64,000 nt of DNA from an uncultured Porphyromonadaceae bacterium (GCA_902495245.1 CABUWI010000006.1:70444-134443), one strand, 5' to 3'; positions 10,482 through 21,119 are shown, counted from the stretch's first letter. The notes: a model not told the origin generated them from the sequence alone. Translations and numbers: made by a program.

Positions 10482-13400
10482 TTATCCGAGGATTGTGGCG
10501 AGAATGCCGGTGGCGTGCTCGACCGATTCGACACCGGAAATGACGATGGAGCGCTTGCTCTCGGTCTGGCGTATGCGGCACTGCTTGGGGTTGTTGGCCA
10601 CGTAGGCAAGAATGCGCCCGAACATGTCGCTCTGATAGTAGGCAATGTTTTCTTCGCCAACGAAGTAGAGGTACATGCTCTCCTGCTTGAGCGCCACCTT
10701 CTCGATGCCGAGACGGCGGGCAAGACGGCGCAGACGGGGCACGCGCAGCAACTCGGCGGCCTGGCGCGGAATGCGGCCGAAACGGTCTTCAAGCCGCTCG
10801 GCAAAGGCGCGCAGATCGAGCTCTCGCTCAATGCCGTCAAGCTCGCGATAGAGGGCGATGCGCTCGCTGTCTTGCGGCACATAGTCGGCCGGCAGCAAAA
10901 GCTCCATATCCGATTCTATCGTGCAGTCCGACACGTAGTTTTCCTCCTTAGCGTCGGCAAATTCATCGGCAAACTCTTCGGTGCGCAGCTCGGTTACGGC
11001 CTCCTGCAAGATGCGCTGGTAGGTCTCATAGCCGAGGTCGGCGATGAAGCCGCTCTGTTCGGCGCCGAGAAGGTTGCCGGCGCCGCGAATGTCGAGGTCC
11101 TGCATGGCTATGTGTATGCCGCTGCCCAGGTCCGAGAAGCTTTCGATGGCCTGCAACCTGCGCCGCGCAACGGGCGAGACGTGAGCCCCCGACGGAACGG
11201 CAAGATAGCAGAACGCCTTGCGAGCCGAGCGCCCAACCCTGCCGCGCAGCTGATGCAACTCGCTCAGGCCGAAGTTCTGCGCGTTGTAGATTATCATCGT
11301 ATTCACGTTGGGCATGTCGATGCCGCTCTCGACGATGGTTGTCGACAACAGCACGTCATAGTCTCGCGCCGCAAAGTCAATCACCGTTTTTTCAAGCTTT
11401 TCGGGCGGCATCTGGCCGTGGCCCACGGCAGTGCGCGCGTCGGGCACCAGTCGTTTCACCGTGTTCTCCAGGTCATACAGGCCCTCGATGCGGTTGTTGA
11501 TGATGAACACCTGACCGCCGCGGCTCAGCTCGAAGTTGATGGCCTCGGCCAGCAATTCGTCGGTCATGTTGCAGACAGTGGTGGCTATGGGGTGGCGGTT
11601 GGGCGGCGGCGTGGTGATGGCGCTGAGGTCGCGCGCCCCCATCAGCGAGAACTGCAGCGTGCGCGGAATCGGCGTGGCGCTCATGGTCAGCGTGTCGACG
11701 TTGACCTTCATCTCTTTAAGTTTCTCTTTTACGGCCACGCCGAATTTCTGCTCCTCGTCGACCACGAGCAGCCCCAGGTCGTGAAACTTGACGCTCTTGC
11801 CTATGAGTTTGTGCGTGCCGATAATGACGTCGATCTTGCCGTCGGCCAGATTGGCCAGTATCTCCTTGACCTGCTTGGGTGTGCGCGCACGGCTCAGATA
11901 GTCCACCCTGACGGGAAAGTCTTTGTAGCGCTCGCTGAACGTGCGGAAGTGCTGATAGGCCAGCACGGTCGTCGGCACCAGCACTGCGGTCTGCTTGCCG
12001 GCCGTGGCCGCCTTGAAGGCCGCGCGCATGGCAATCTCCGTCTTGCCGAAACCGACGTCGCCGCAGATAAGGCGGTCCATCGGTCGCGGCGACTCCATGT
12101 CGGCCTTGACGGCCTGAGTGGCCGCCAGCTGGTCAGGCGTATCCTCATAGATGAAGCTCGCCTCCAGCTCGTGCTGCATGTAGTCGTCGGGCGGAAATTC
12201 GAATCCCTGCTCCTGGCGGCGGCGCGAATAGAGGCTGATTAGGTCGCGGGCAATATCCTTGAGCTTCGACTTGGTGCGCTCCTTGAGCTTGTTCCATGCT
12301 CCGGAGCCGAGCTTGTTGATTCGCGGTTCCACACCCTCCTTGCCGCGATATTTGCTGAGTTTGTGGAGCGAATGCAGCGAAACGAAGATGGTGTCGCCGT
12401 TCAGATAGGTGAGCTTGATCATCTCCTGCATGCGCCCGTTGATGCCGGCCGAGCGTACCAGACCCGCAAACCTGCCAACGCCGTGGTCGGAGTGCACGAT
12501 GTAGTCGCCCGGCTCGATGCTGCCAAGCTCTTTAAGACTGAGCGCCAGCTTGCCCGAACGGGCGCGCTCGCTCTTGAGCGAATATTTGTGAAAACGGTCA
12601 AAAATCTGATGGTCGGTGAAGATGCAGGCGCGCGTCAAGTGGTCGACATAACCGGCATGCAGCGTGCCGTCAACCGGCGTGAACTCGATTTTGTCGCCGC
12701 GCTCGGCAAAGATGTCGCGCAGACGCTCGTGCTGCTTGGGCGAGTCTGACAGAATGTAGATTTTATATCCCTCGCCGAGCATACGTTTCAGTTCCGAACT
12801 GATCAGCTCGAAATTTTTGTGGTAGATGCCCTGAGGCGAACAGCGGAAGTCGAGCGACGCGCCGGCTGCCGTGGCATGGTCGGCATCGGTGTAGATGAGC
12901 GTGCGCATGCGCCTGACGGTCTTTTCAAACATGTCGGGGTCGACAACCTGCTCCATGGCCCGCGAGTCGCCCTCGTCGGCATAGGCCGCCGACATCGAGA
13001 ACTGCTCGCCCGCCACGGCGCGCACCCGGTCAATGAGAAAATCCGCACCGTCGCGAACGGCCAGCACCGTCGAAGGGTCGACGTAGGCAAGCAGTGAGTC
13101 GCCTGCCGATTGCTGTTCGACGTTGGCGGCTATATCAACGGCATCGAGCTGTTTTTCCGACAGCTGAGTCTCGACGTTGAAAAGTCTAATCGACTCGACG
13201 TCCTCGCCGAAAAGGTCAATGCGGAAGGGCTGCTCGTTGCTGTAGCCGTAGATGTCGACAATCGAGCCGCGCACGGCAAAGTGGCCCGGCTCATAAACGT
13301 AGTCTTCTTGCTGAAAACCGTTGTCGCGAAGCCACTTCTCTGTCTCCGTAAGGTTGAGCCGGCCACCTTTGGCAATGTGAAGCGTGTGGACGGCCACGGC

Positions 13401-13787
13401 GTCGGGCGATGCCACGCGCTCGGCCAGCGCTTCGGGATAGGTTACGATGAAACGCAGCTGCGCGTCGCCGGCATAGAGGCGCGACGTGGCCTCGTTGCGC
13501 AGAATCTGCGACGGCGCGTCGGCCTGGCCATATTTGATGTGGCGCCGATAGCCCGACGGCAGCATGGCAACGGCCTCCTCGCCGCAGAGGCGCGCAAGGT
13601 CGTGATACATATATCCGGCGTCGTCAAGCGAGTCGGCCACGACTACCATCGGCTTCTTGCGGCCGGTGGCCGCGAGCATCACGGCGGCCGACGAGCCCGC
13701 CAGCCCGTAGACGGTCATCACGCGACCGGCCCCGAGCGCCTCGCGCAGGGCCTGTTGGCGCGCTTTTTTTTGCGGAATGTCTATCAC
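10482..13787 (-). CDS. mfd: transcription-repair coupling factor Mfd
   Basis: 1101 aa. It has a UvrB-like N-terminus, a CarD-like RNAP-interaction region (GDYIVHSDHGVGRF), and SF2 helicase motifs (GDVGFGKTE, DEEQKFG, QLRGRVGRS). Confidence 0.96.
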   Translation of the reverse strand: MIDIPQKKARQQALREALGAGRVMTVYGLAGSSAAVMLAATGRKKPMVVVADSLDDAGYMYHDLARLCGEEAVAMLPSGYRRHIKYGQADAPSQILRNEATSRLYAGDAQLRFIVTYPEALAERVASPDAVAVHTLHIAKGGRLNLTETEKWLRDNGFQQEDYVYEPGHFAVRGSIVDIYGYSNEQPFRIDLFGEDVESIRLFNVETQLSEKQLDAVDIAANVEQQSAGDSLLAYVDPSTVLAVRDGADFLIDRVRAVAGEQFSMSAAYADEGDSRAMEQVVDPDMFEKTVRRMRTLIYTDADHATAAGASLDFRCSPQGIYHKNFELISSELKRMLGEGYKIYILSDSPKQHERLRDIFAERGDKIEFTPVDGTLHAGYVDHLTRACIFTDHQIFDRFHKYSLKSERARSGKLALSLKELGSIEPGDYIVHSDHGVGRFAGLVRSAGINGRMQEMIKLTYLNGDTIFVSLHSLHKLSKYRGKEGVEPRINKLGSGAWNKLKERTKSKLKDIARDLISLYSRRRQEQGFEFPPDDYMQHELEASFIYEDTPDQLAATQAVKADMESPRPMDRLICGDVGFGKTEIAMRAAFKAATAGKQTAVLVPTTVLAYQHFRTFSERYKDFPVRVDYLSRARTPKQVKEILANLADGKIDVIIGTHKLIGKSVKFHDLGLLVVDEEQKFGVAVKEKLKEMKVNVDTLTMSATPIPRTLQFSLMGARDLSAITTPPPNRHPIATTVCNMTDELLAEAINFELSRGGQVFIINNRIEGLYDLENTVKRLVPDARTAVGHGQMPPEKLEKTVIDFAARDYDVLLSTTIVESGIDMPNVNTMIIYNAQNFGLSELHQLRGRVGRSARKAFCYLAVPSGAHVSPVARRRLQAIESFSDLGSGIHIAMQDLDIRGAGNLLGAEQSGFIADLGYETYQRILQEAVTELRTEEFADEFADAKEENYVSDCTIESDMELLLPADYVPQDSERIALYRELDGIERELDLRAFAERLEDRFGRIPRQAAELLRVPRLRRLARRLGIEKVALKQESMYLYFVGEENIAYYQSDMFGRILAYVANNPKQCRIRQTESKRSIVISGVESVEHATGILATILG

Positions 13788-15454
13788 TTTGATTTCGACG
13801 GGCTTAAAATCTGTTTATAGCGCTCAGGGTCGTTGAGAATGGCAATAGCCTCCTGAACCGGCGGATTATAGGGCATGGCCGCCGCGATTGCCGCACGCCT
13901 GAAACCATAGCGCGGCACGATGGCGTCAATCAGAATATATTCAACGGCCTTGCGGTTTCGGTCGAGGTCCTGGCCGAGATTGCGTTTGAGCGCACGGTCA
14001 AGCGCATCCATATGCACCATGACCGAATCGGTCAGATAGCCTTCCGACTTCAGATTGTCGCGAAACGCCTTCATGGCCGCTTCATAACTCTTGTCATATT
14101 TGATTGCGCCCGAGTCGAGATATGCCTTGAAATCCTCGTATATTTCATCGGTTATCACGAATTTGGCCGGGTCGCCTATCGAGTCATGCCCGGCGGCAAA
14201 CTTGTTGGCATAGTCAATGTCCCAACCTTCGGCTCTGATGGTATAGAGCAGGCTGTTGCTTTTCAGCGGCTCTACCTTCACGTCGGGAGTGATGCCACCG
14301 CCGTCGCGCACCTCGCGCCCGTGAATAGTGCGGAACACGTGGGTCAGACTGTCGGGCGTGCGGGCCACCGACCCGTCGGCGTTGCGGCGCGAGTAGTCAA
14401 TGGCCTGTATCAGGCGCCCCGACGGTATGTAATATTTTGCCGTGGTTATCTTCAGGGCGGCGTCATAGGGAAGCGGACGGCTGGACTGGACAAGTCCCTT
14501 GCCGAATGAACGCTGGCCGACAATGACGGCGCGGTCAAGGTCTTGCAGCGAGCCGGCCACGATTTCGGCCGAGCTGGCCGAGGCGCCGTCGGTCAGCACC
14601 GCCAGAGGCAGCTCCTTGGCCAGGGGCTTGCGCGAAGTCTTGTACACGCGGTTGTGCATCGGCTCGCGACCCTTTGTGCGCACAACCTCCGTGCCCTTGT
14701 CGACAAACAGCCCCACAATCTCGACGGCGCTCTCGAGCAGACCGCCCGGATTGCCCTGCAGGTCGAGAATCAGCGACGTGATGCCGCGCCCCTGCAGGTC
14801 GGTCAGCGCGTCGGCAACGGCCTCGTGGGCCTTGTCGGTAAACGAGTTGAGAGTGATGTAGCCCACCTTGCCTTCGGCATCGACCGTGCCGTAGAAAGGC
14901 ACTTCGGGGTTATGAATCTTTTCGCGTTCGATTGTCAGAGTCTTTACCGAATCGGCTGCATAGGGGCGCATCACCTTGACGGTGAGTGTAGTGCCGGCCG
15001 TGCCGCGCAGGCGTTCGCTGACCTGGGCCACGCTGAACGCCGGCGTAATCTCGGTGGTGTCAATCTGCAGAATGACATCGCCCGCGCGGACGCCGGCCTT
15101 CCACGACGGCGTCCCCTCATAGGGCTCGGAAAAGCGCACGCGCCCGTCGCGACCCTTGTTGATGACGGAGCCGACGCCGCCATATTCGCCCGTCGAGAGC
15201 TGGGCAAGGTCTTCGGTGTCATCGCTCGAATAATACTCGGTATAGGGGTCAATCTCGTCGAGCATGTACACGATGGCGGTGTTGATGGCCTTCTTGGCGT
15301 CGAGGGTGTCGACATAGTTCAGCTGAACCTCGCGAAACAGCGAGTTGAATATGTCGAGACTCTGCGAGATATCTGTTTTCGAGCTGCGAGTCTCGGCCGT
15401 CGCCGCGCCGACGAGCATGGCCGATACTGCAAGGGGTATGAGTGTTCGTTTCAT
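13784..15454 (-). CDS. S41 family C-terminal processing peptidase
   Basis: 556 aa with a signal peptide. It has a PDZ region (GGVGSV ... GDVILQID) and an S41 core (LILDLQGNPGGLL ... ASASSAEIVAGSLQD). It overlaps the mfd start by 4 nt. Confidence 0.88.
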   Translation of the reverse strand: MKRTLIPLAVSAMLVGAATAETRSSKTDISQSLDIFNSLFREVQLNYVDTLDAKKAINTAIVYMLDEIDPYTEYYSSDDTEDLAQLSTGEYGGVGSVINKGRDGRVRFSEPYEGTPSWKAGVRAGDVILQIDTTEITPAFSVAQVSERLRGTAGTTLTVKVMRPYAADSVKTLTIEREKIHNPEVPFYGTVDAEGKVGYITLNSFTDKAHEAVADALTDLQGRGITSLILDLQGNPGGLLESAVEIVGLFVDKGTEVVRTKGREPMHNRVYKTSRKPLAKELPLAVLTDGASASSAEIVAGSLQDLDRAVIVGQRSFGKGLVQSSRPLPYDAALKITTAKYYIPSGRLIQAIDYSRRNADGSVARTPDSLTHVFRTIHGREVRDGGGITPDVKVEPLKSNSLLYTIRAEGWDIDYANKFAAGHDSIGDPAKFVITDEIYEDFKAYLDSGAIKYDKSYEAAMKAFRDNLKSEGYLTDSVMVHMDALDRALKRNLGQDLDRNRKAVEYILIDAIVPRYGFRRAAIAAAMPYNPPVQEAIAILNDPERYKQILSPSKSK

Positions 15455-15457
15455 TAG

Positions 15458-16858
15458 CTATAGCTTGATTTTCAATGATGATGAAGGCGCCGACTCGCCG
15501 TTGGCATGGTCAAGGGCGGTAACCACGTAGACTCCGCCGCGCGTCGGGCGATAGGCCGGCTTATATGTAACGGCGCATATCGCCGCAGGGTTCTCGATGT
15601 CTATGTGTTTATCGGAGTCGAAACGATAAACCACCCACTTACGGGCGTCCTGACTGCGATGCCACGTCAGTTCGCCGCCGCGAAACTTGAGATGCCCCGG
15701 TCTTGAGGCCGGCTCGGCGTGCTTCCAGATATATTCGGGCACGAGCGCCGGCGCGGCATAGCGCTTGCGCTTCAACTGCGGGGCCAGCTTGTCGAGCGTG
15801 GCCGCATACCACCAGCAGTTGCCGTCGGCAGCTTCGGCCATGGCCATTTTTTGCTCCAGTTCGCCGAGGTCGGCGGTCTTCTCCACGTCCTGACCGATAT
15901 AGACGTGGCGTCCGCGCCCGTTCTTCACCCACCAGGGTGCCAGTTCGCGATATGGCGCCGACTTATGGTCGAGCGGCCAGTAGAGTTGCGGAATCTGATA
16001 GTCAATCAGACCCTTCTCGGCCCAGGCGGGCACGTCGGCATAGAGGTCATCGTAGTTTTGCAGACCGCGGGTCTTGCTGCCGCGCGGGTCGCTCGACGAG
16101 TTGCGCCATATGCCGAAGGGCGAGATGCCGAAGCGCACCCACGGCTTCACGTCGGTTATGGTGCGGCTCACCTGCTCTATGAGCAGTTCGACATTGTGGC
16201 GGCGCCAGTCGGCAAGCGACAGTCGCGTCTTTGCGGCCGCATAGGCCTTGGCGTCGGGAAACTTCGCGCCTGCCACGGGATAGGGATAGAAATAGTCGTC
16301 GAAGTGAATGCCGTCGACGTCATAGCGCGACACGATGTCGCGCACCACGCGGCATATGTGGTCGCGGTTGGCCTGTTGCGACGGGTCGAAGTAGTAGCCT
16401 TTGCCATACCTGACAAACCGCTTCGGCGACGTCTTGAGCAGATGGCCGGCAGGCAGCGAGGCGGCTTCGGCCACGGTGGGTGCCCTGTACGGATTGAGCC
16501 ACGCGTGCAGCTCCATGCCCCGCTCGTGGGCCTCGCGCACCATGAATTCCAGAGGGTCCCATGCCGGCGAGGGCGCTTTGCCCGTCTTGCCGGTCAGGAA
16601 CGAACTCCACGGCTCGATGTCGCTGTCATAGAAGGCATCGGCGCGAGGCCTGACCTGAAAGATGACGGCGTTGATGCCGGCATCTTTCAGGTGGTCGAGC
16701 AAATCGGTGAGATATGCCTTGTTCTCGGCCGTCGAGCGCTTTTCGTAGCCCTGATAGATGGTCTGTATCCATGCACCGCGAAACTCGCTCTTCGGGGCGG
16801 CCACCGCCATGGCGACGCCCAAGGCAAGCAGGCAATATGTCAGCAGTCTGCGCAGCAA
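15458..16858 (-). CDS. glycoside hydrolase-like family 10 protein (GHL10/DUF187, YngK-like)
   Basis: 466 aa with a signal peptide. The block EFRGAWIQTIY ... AGINAVIFQVRPRADAFY ... EAHERGMELHAWLNPYRA is the characteristic GHL10 TIM-barrel N-terminal pattern. Confidence 0.8.
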   Translation of the reverse strand: MLRRLLTYCLLALGVAMAVAAPKSEFRGAWIQTIYQGYEKRSTAENKAYLTDLLDHLKDAGINAVIFQVRPRADAFYDSDIEPWSSFLTGKTGKAPSPAWDPLEFMVREAHERGMELHAWLNPYRAPTVAEAASLPAGHLLKTSPKRFVRYGKGYYFDPSQQANRDHICRVVRDIVSRYDVDGIHFDDYFYPYPVAGAKFPDAKAYAAAKTRLSLADWRRHNVELLIEQVSRTITDVKPWVRFGISPFGIWRNSSSDPRGSKTRGLQNYDDLYADVPAWAEKGLIDYQIPQLYWPLDHKSAPYRELAPWWVKNGRGRHVYIGQDVEKTADLGELEQKMAMAEAADGNCWWYAATLDKLAPQLKRKRYAAPALVPEYIWKHAEPASRPGHLKFRGGELTWHRSQDARKWVVYRFDSDKHIDIENPAAICAVTYKPAYRPTRGGVYVVTALDHANGESAPSSSLKIKL

Positions 16859-16866
16859 AGTCTGAA

Positions 16867-18462
16867 TCAGAAAAGCGATTTATAGGTTTCCATCAGCGTC
16901 TTGAAGCGCGCCGTGTCGCGCAGCGGGCCGACGTTGATGCGGCCGTCGTTGTTGGCCGTCCAGTCGTGATAGTTGGCATAGCCGGCCTTCAGCGAGGCCT
17001 CCATGCAGTCGAGCGCCTTGTCGGGTTTGCCTGCCCAGGCATAGAAGCACGCGCCGTAATAATGGTTCTTGCCGTCATAGTCGGGCTCGGCGAGTATGGC
17101 GTCAATCCACGCCACGGCCTGCGCCGTCTTGCCGTCGAACAGTCGGGCGAAGCCCAACAGCGACCCTACGCGCTCGGAGTGGTCAAGCTCAAGGTCGATT
17201 ACTCGCCCGTAGAGGCCCTTGGCGGCTTTCTGCTGATTGAGAAAGTCGTTGAGCACCCATGCGCGCAACATGTAGTTCATCGGCTCGTAGGGGCGGCTCA
17301 TAATCACCTCGCCTAAAATGGTCGATGCCTCTTTGGCCTGTTTTTTGTCGGTAAGAATCAGCGCTTTCTCGACCATGGCCTCGGGGTTCTCGGGCGAGAA
17401 GTCGAGCGCGCGGGCAGCCGAGGCAAGCGCCTTGTCGGTGTCGCCCATGGCGCGCTGAATCTGCGCACGCACGACGAAATAGCGGCACACGTCGTCCTGC
17501 TCGTCATAACGGCTCAGCGCCGTGTCTATGTTGTCGAGCGCGGTCTGATAACGCCCCAGGGCATAGTAGCACTCGGCGAGCGAGCAATACAGGCCCGAAT
17601 AGTCATACAGGCCTTCGGTTATGATGTAGTTGAAGTCGTCGATGGCGGCCTTGTAGTGGAAGTGGGCGGCGGCAATCGATGCACGCAGATAGTAGAACAG
17701 CGGCTGTCGGGGCGCCTTGCGTATCGCCCCCGACAGTCCGGCCATGACCGCCGAGTAGTTGCCGTCGGCCAGAGCCACGAGGGCCGGCAGCGCCTGCGGG
17801 TCGTTGCCGTCGGTAGCGATGGCCAGCAGCAGGTCGTCGACAGCGCCGTTATAGTCGCCCATCTGCTCTTTCACTTCGGCGCGACGCACGTAGACGTCGC
17901 TCTTGCCCGGCGTCAGCGCCACGGCTTTGTCCATATATTCCGACGCCAGGCCGTGGTTGCTCTCTTTGGCAGCCACGAGCGCCAGCCCGAAATATGCTTC
18001 CTGACTGCGCGGCTGTATGCGCAGCAGTTTGCTGAAGTCGGCCTTGGCCTCGGCATATTGCCCGAGGTCATATTCTATCTCGCCGCGCAGGTTGAGCATC
18101 GGAGCCGACATCGGGTCAATTGCCAGCGCCGCGTTGGCCTCGGGAAGCGCCTGCGAGTAGCGGTGAAGTTCGCGATAGCATTCGGCACGCAACGCATAGA
18201 TTGCAAATCGCGTGTCCGTATCGGTTTCGGGCGCATATTTCACGGCCGCATCCAGATCGTCGAGGGCCTTCAGATAGTCGCCGCTGTTATAGTAGGCATT
18301 CGCCCGGCGAAAAAGCGTCTCATAGTCCTTATAGTTCTCACGCAGAAGTTCTTCGTAGGCCTGCATCACAGCACGGTTGAAGTCGGCCTGAGTGGGCGCC
18401 GCGGCATAGGCGGCGCCTGCGGTCAGGGCGGCAAGAAGCCCGGTGATAATGATTTTCTTCAT
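16867..18462 (-). CDS. secreted tetratricopeptide (TPR) repeat protein
   Basis: 531 aa with a signal peptide. It has many repeats of the pattern A..Y..RA..Y...G.Y..A..D...AI, typical of TPR repeats. Confidence 0.8.
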   Translation of the reverse strand: MKKIIITGLLAALTAGAAYAAAPTQADFNRAVMQAYEELLRENYKDYETLFRRANAYYNSGDYLKALDDLDAAVKYAPETDTDTRFAIYALRAECYRELHRYSQALPEANAALAIDPMSAPMLNLRGEIEYDLGQYAEAKADFSKLLRIQPRSQEAYFGLALVAAKESNHGLASEYMDKAVALTPGKSDVYVRRAEVKEQMGDYNGAVDDLLLAIATDGNDPQALPALVALADGNYSAVMAGLSGAIRKAPRQPLFYYLRASIAAAHFHYKAAIDDFNYIITEGLYDYSGLYCSLAECYYALGRYQTALDNIDTALSRYDEQDDVCRYFVVRAQIQRAMGDTDKALASAARALDFSPENPEAMVEKALILTDKKQAKEASTILGEVIMSRPYEPMNYMLRAWVLNDFLNQQKAAKGLYGRVIDLELDHSERVGSLLGFARLFDGKTAQAVAWIDAILAEPDYDGKNHYYGACFYAWAGKPDKALDCMEASLKAGYANYHDWTANNDGRINVGPLRDTARFKTLMETYKSLF

Positions 18463-18478
18463 AAAAAAGTATCTTGGT

Positions 18479-19186
18479 TTATTCTGTTTCGTTGATTATG
18501 TGAACGGTCGAGACGCCGTAGAGAGCGGCCGTCTCCGTGCGCAGGCGGTTGTCGCCGAGCGTTACGGCCACAAAGCCGCGGCTCAGGGCATAGGCCACCT
18601 CGTCGGGGGTGAAATCGCCCTCCGGACCGATGAGCAGGCACACGTCGGCTCCCGGCTTGATTTCGCGGGCAAGCACGCGGCGCTCTACGGCAGGGTCGCA
18701 ATAGCAGATAAAGCGTTGCGCGGCCGTGCATTCGTCGACGATACGCTTCAGCGGTGTCAGCGGGTCGATTGTCGGCAACACGGCTTTCAGCGACTGCTTC
18801 ATGGCTGAGACGGCAATCTTTTCGAGCCGTTCGGTCTTGAGCTCGCGGCGCTCCGAGCGGTCGCAAAGCGCGGGTACAAAGCGGTTTATGCCTATCTCGG
18901 TCAGCTTTTCGACGAGCCATTCCATGCGGTCAAGGTGTTTTGTCGGCGCAACGGCCACGCTGATGTCATAGGCCCAGTGCAACGGCTGTTCGCGCCGGCT
19001 GTCGATGCGCAGCAGCGCGTGCTTGCGGTGGGCGTCAATCAGCGTGCACGTGTACGCGCCGCCGCGGCCGTCGATAACCTCCACCTGCCGCCCCGGCTCC
19101 ATGCGCAGAACCTTGACGCAATGAAGCGACTCGGCTTCGGGAAGCACGGGGTCAGACTCGATGTCGGGGGCATAGAACTGTATCAT
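18479..19186 (-). CDS. rsmE: 16S rRNA (uracil1498-N3)-methyltransferase RsmE
   Basis: 235 aa. It has a PUA-like N-terminus (HCVKVLRMEPG..VEVIDGRG) and a C-terminal SPOUT knot motif (LLIGPEGDFTPDEV ... LGDNRLRTETA). Confidence 0.88.
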   Translation of the reverse strand: MIQFYAPDIESDPVLPEAESLHCVKVLRMEPGRQVEVIDGRGGAYTCTLIDAHRKHALLRIDSRREQPLHWAYDISVAVAPTKHLDRMEWLVEKLTEIGINRFVPALCDRSERRELKTERLEKIAVSAMKQSLKAVLPTIDPLTPLKRIVDECTAAQRFICYCDPAVERRVLAREIKPGADVCLLIGPEGDFTPDEVAYALSRGFVAVTLGDNRLRTETAALYGVSTVHIINETE

Positions 19187-19190
19187 CTGC

Positions 19191-20537
19191 TCAGACGGTT
19201 TCGGTGTCGTTTTCAGCGGCTTTTATTTCAGTCGCGCTGATTTTCTCTTTTTTGGGCTCTTTGAAAATAAACATGAAGAGCACGGCTACTACCAGGGCGT
19301 AGGCTGCAAAGATGAGCCATGATTCGGTCCAGCCGGCGCTCTGCCGCTCAATGGTGTCGGTGTCGCGCACCAGACGGTTGACAATGCAGTTGCCGGCAAT
19401 GAAAGTGCCCAGTGAGGCGCCGATGCCGTTGGTCATCAGCATGAACAGGCCCTGAGCCGACGAGCGCTGGGCCGGCTCGGTCTGCGAGTCTACATAGATG
19501 CCGCCGCTGACGTTGAAGAAGTCAAAGGCCACGCCATAGACAATGCAGCTTAGAATCAGGAATATGACGCCGGGAAAGTTCGTATTGCCGACGCCAAAGA
19601 AGCCGAATCGCAAAACCCATGCGAACATGGCCATGAGCATGACGCCTTTGATGCCGAACTTCTTCAGGCAGAAGGGAATGAGCAGAATGCACAGGGCCTC
19701 GGCACACTGCGAAATCGAAATCAGGAATGTCGGGTTCTCGGCCCAGAAGCCTCCGGCAAACGCCGGCAGCGAGTTGAAGTGGTTGATGAAGCTCGAGCCG
19801 TAGGTGTTGGTAATCTGCAGCGAGACGCCTAACAGCATGCTGAAAATAAAGAAGATGGCCATCTCTTTGCGCTTGAACAGGCGGAAGGCCTTGAGCCCGA
19901 GGGCTTCGGCCAGACTCTTGCCCGCTCCTTTATTGACCGGGCAGGCGGGAAGCGTCAGGCAGTAGAGGGCGAGAATGATGCTCAGCGCGCCCGAAACATA
20001 GAACTGGTCATACGAGTGCTGAATCGTCGTGCCGCCGCCGAAGCTGACGAAGTTGACAAACAGTTCGGCGCAGATAAAGCCCACCGTGCCGAACACCCTG
20101 ATGGGCGGAAAGTCGGTTACGGTGCTCAGGCCATGCTTTTCAAGGGCGTTGAACGCCACTGAATTGGCCAGGCCGATTGTGGGCATGAAGAATGCTACCG
20201 AAAAGGTGTAGAGCGTAAACAGCAGACCGAACTGCAGCGGTCCGCCTGCCGCAAGCTGGGAAGCCGCCACCGCTCCGGCCGCAATCATGAATGCGCCGGC
20301 AAGGAAGTGGCAGATGCTCAGGGTTATCTGAGCCGGAATCCAACGGTCGGCCACTATGCCTATCAGTGCCGGCATGATGATGCTGACCAGACCCTGCACC
20401 GTGTAGAACCAGAACACTTGCGGCCCCAGACCGTTGGAGCCGAGAAACATGCCCATCGAAATCAGATAGGCGCCCCAGACTGCGAACTCCAGAAAGTTCA
20501 TTAGCGACAGTTTCGCTTTCAGACTGCTGTTTTTCAT
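19191..20537 (-). CDS. MFS nucleoside:H+ symporter family transporter (NupG/XapB-like)
   Basis: 448 aa with ~12 hydrophobic segments. The N-terminus LSLMNFLEFAVWGAYLISMG ... IGIVADRW resembles the Nuc_H_symport family. Confidence 0.78.
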   Translation of the reverse strand: MKNSSLKAKLSLMNFLEFAVWGAYLISMGMFLGSNGLGPQVFWFYTVQGLVSIIMPALIGIVADRWIPAQITLSICHFLAGAFMIAAGAVAASQLAAGGPLQFGLLFTLYTFSVAFFMPTIGLANSVAFNALEKHGLSTVTDFPPIRVFGTVGFICAELFVNFVSFGGGTTIQHSYDQFYVSGALSIILALYCLTLPACPVNKGAGKSLAEALGLKAFRLFKRKEMAIFFIFSMLLGVSLQITNTYGSSFINHFNSLPAFAGGFWAENPTFLISISQCAEALCILLIPFCLKKFGIKGVMLMAMFAWVLRFGFFGVGNTNFPGVIFLILSCIVYGVAFDFFNVSGGIYVDSQTEPAQRSSAQGLFMLMTNGIGASLGTFIAGNCIVNRLVRDTDTIERQSAGWTESWLIFAAYALVVAVLFMFIFKEPKKEKISATEIKAAENDTETV

Positions 20538-21100
20538 ATACTTTTCTTTTGGTTGATGATTTCTGTCAGACGTGATGCCTCTTCATAGTCTTCGCGCTCG
20601 ACGGCATCGGCGAGCTGCTGCTCGAGTTCTTCCACTGTCGGGTCGGCCGACTTGGCCGGTTCCGCACGGCCCGTGCTCTCTTCCATGACGAAGCCGCATT
20701 CGTGAAGAATTTCGAGGGTGGTATATATCGGTGCGCCCGTGCGCATCGCAATGGCTATGGCGTCAGAGGTGCGCGAGTCGAACGTTACGCGGCGCTCGCC
20801 GTCAGTAAAAGTGATTTCCGCGTAGAAAATGCCGTCTTCAAACTTGTGAATGAACACTTCCTGCATGGCGATGCCGAAGGCGTGGGCAAACGACGCGAAA
20901 AGGTCGTGAGTCAGAGGCCGCGGCAGCACAAGGTGCTCCATGCGCGCGGCTATTGACCGTGCCTCGGCCTCGGCTATGACCACGGGAATGCGCACGGGGC
21001 CGTCGGCCTGCGCCAGAATCAGCGCATAGGCTCCTTTTGAAATCTGGCCTGTGCTCAGGCCCAGAACCGTCAGGCGTACTCTTTGACTTTCCATTGGCAT
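20534..21100 (-). CDS. bifunctional nuclease family protein (DUF151/BFN) with C-terminal UVR motif
   Basis: 188 aa. It has a BFN core (IPVVIAEAEARSIA ... PLTHDL ... DSRTSDAIAIAMRTGAPIY) and a UvrB/C-like helical motif (ELEQQLADAVEREDYEEASRL). The stop overlaps the downstream transporter start by 4 nt. Confidence 0.8.
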   Translation of the reverse strand: MPMESQRVRLTVLGLSTGQISKGAYALILAQADGPVRIPVVIAEAEARSIAARMEHLVLPRPLTHDLFASFAHAFGIAMQEVFIHKFEDGIFYAEITFTDGERRVTFDSRTSDAIAIAMRTGAPIYTTLEILHECGFVMEESTGRAEPAKSADPTVEELEQQLADAVEREDYEEASRLTEIINQKKSI

Positions 21101-21119
21101 TTCTTTTATTTATAATCGT

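Noticed and set aside
10196-10882. 228-aa minus-strand ORF and several 60-70-aa ORFs (9997-10185, 10087-10272, 10372-10581, 10393-10605) crossing the palindromic element and the mfd 3' end.
   Set aside because: They run through hairpin repeats, so mirror-image peptides appear on both strands, and they overlap the mfd coding end. They have no start context and no coding-like composition.
19191-21100. Possible functional module of a DUF151 nuclease-UVR protein overlapping a NupG-like nucleoside transporter (nucleic-acid salvage).
   Set aside because: The 4-nt overlap suggests co-translation, but the nuclease has no signal peptide. Both genes sit in a long housekeeping co-directional block (mnmA ... 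rsmE). I have no evidence beyond adjacency, so I do not report it as a finding.
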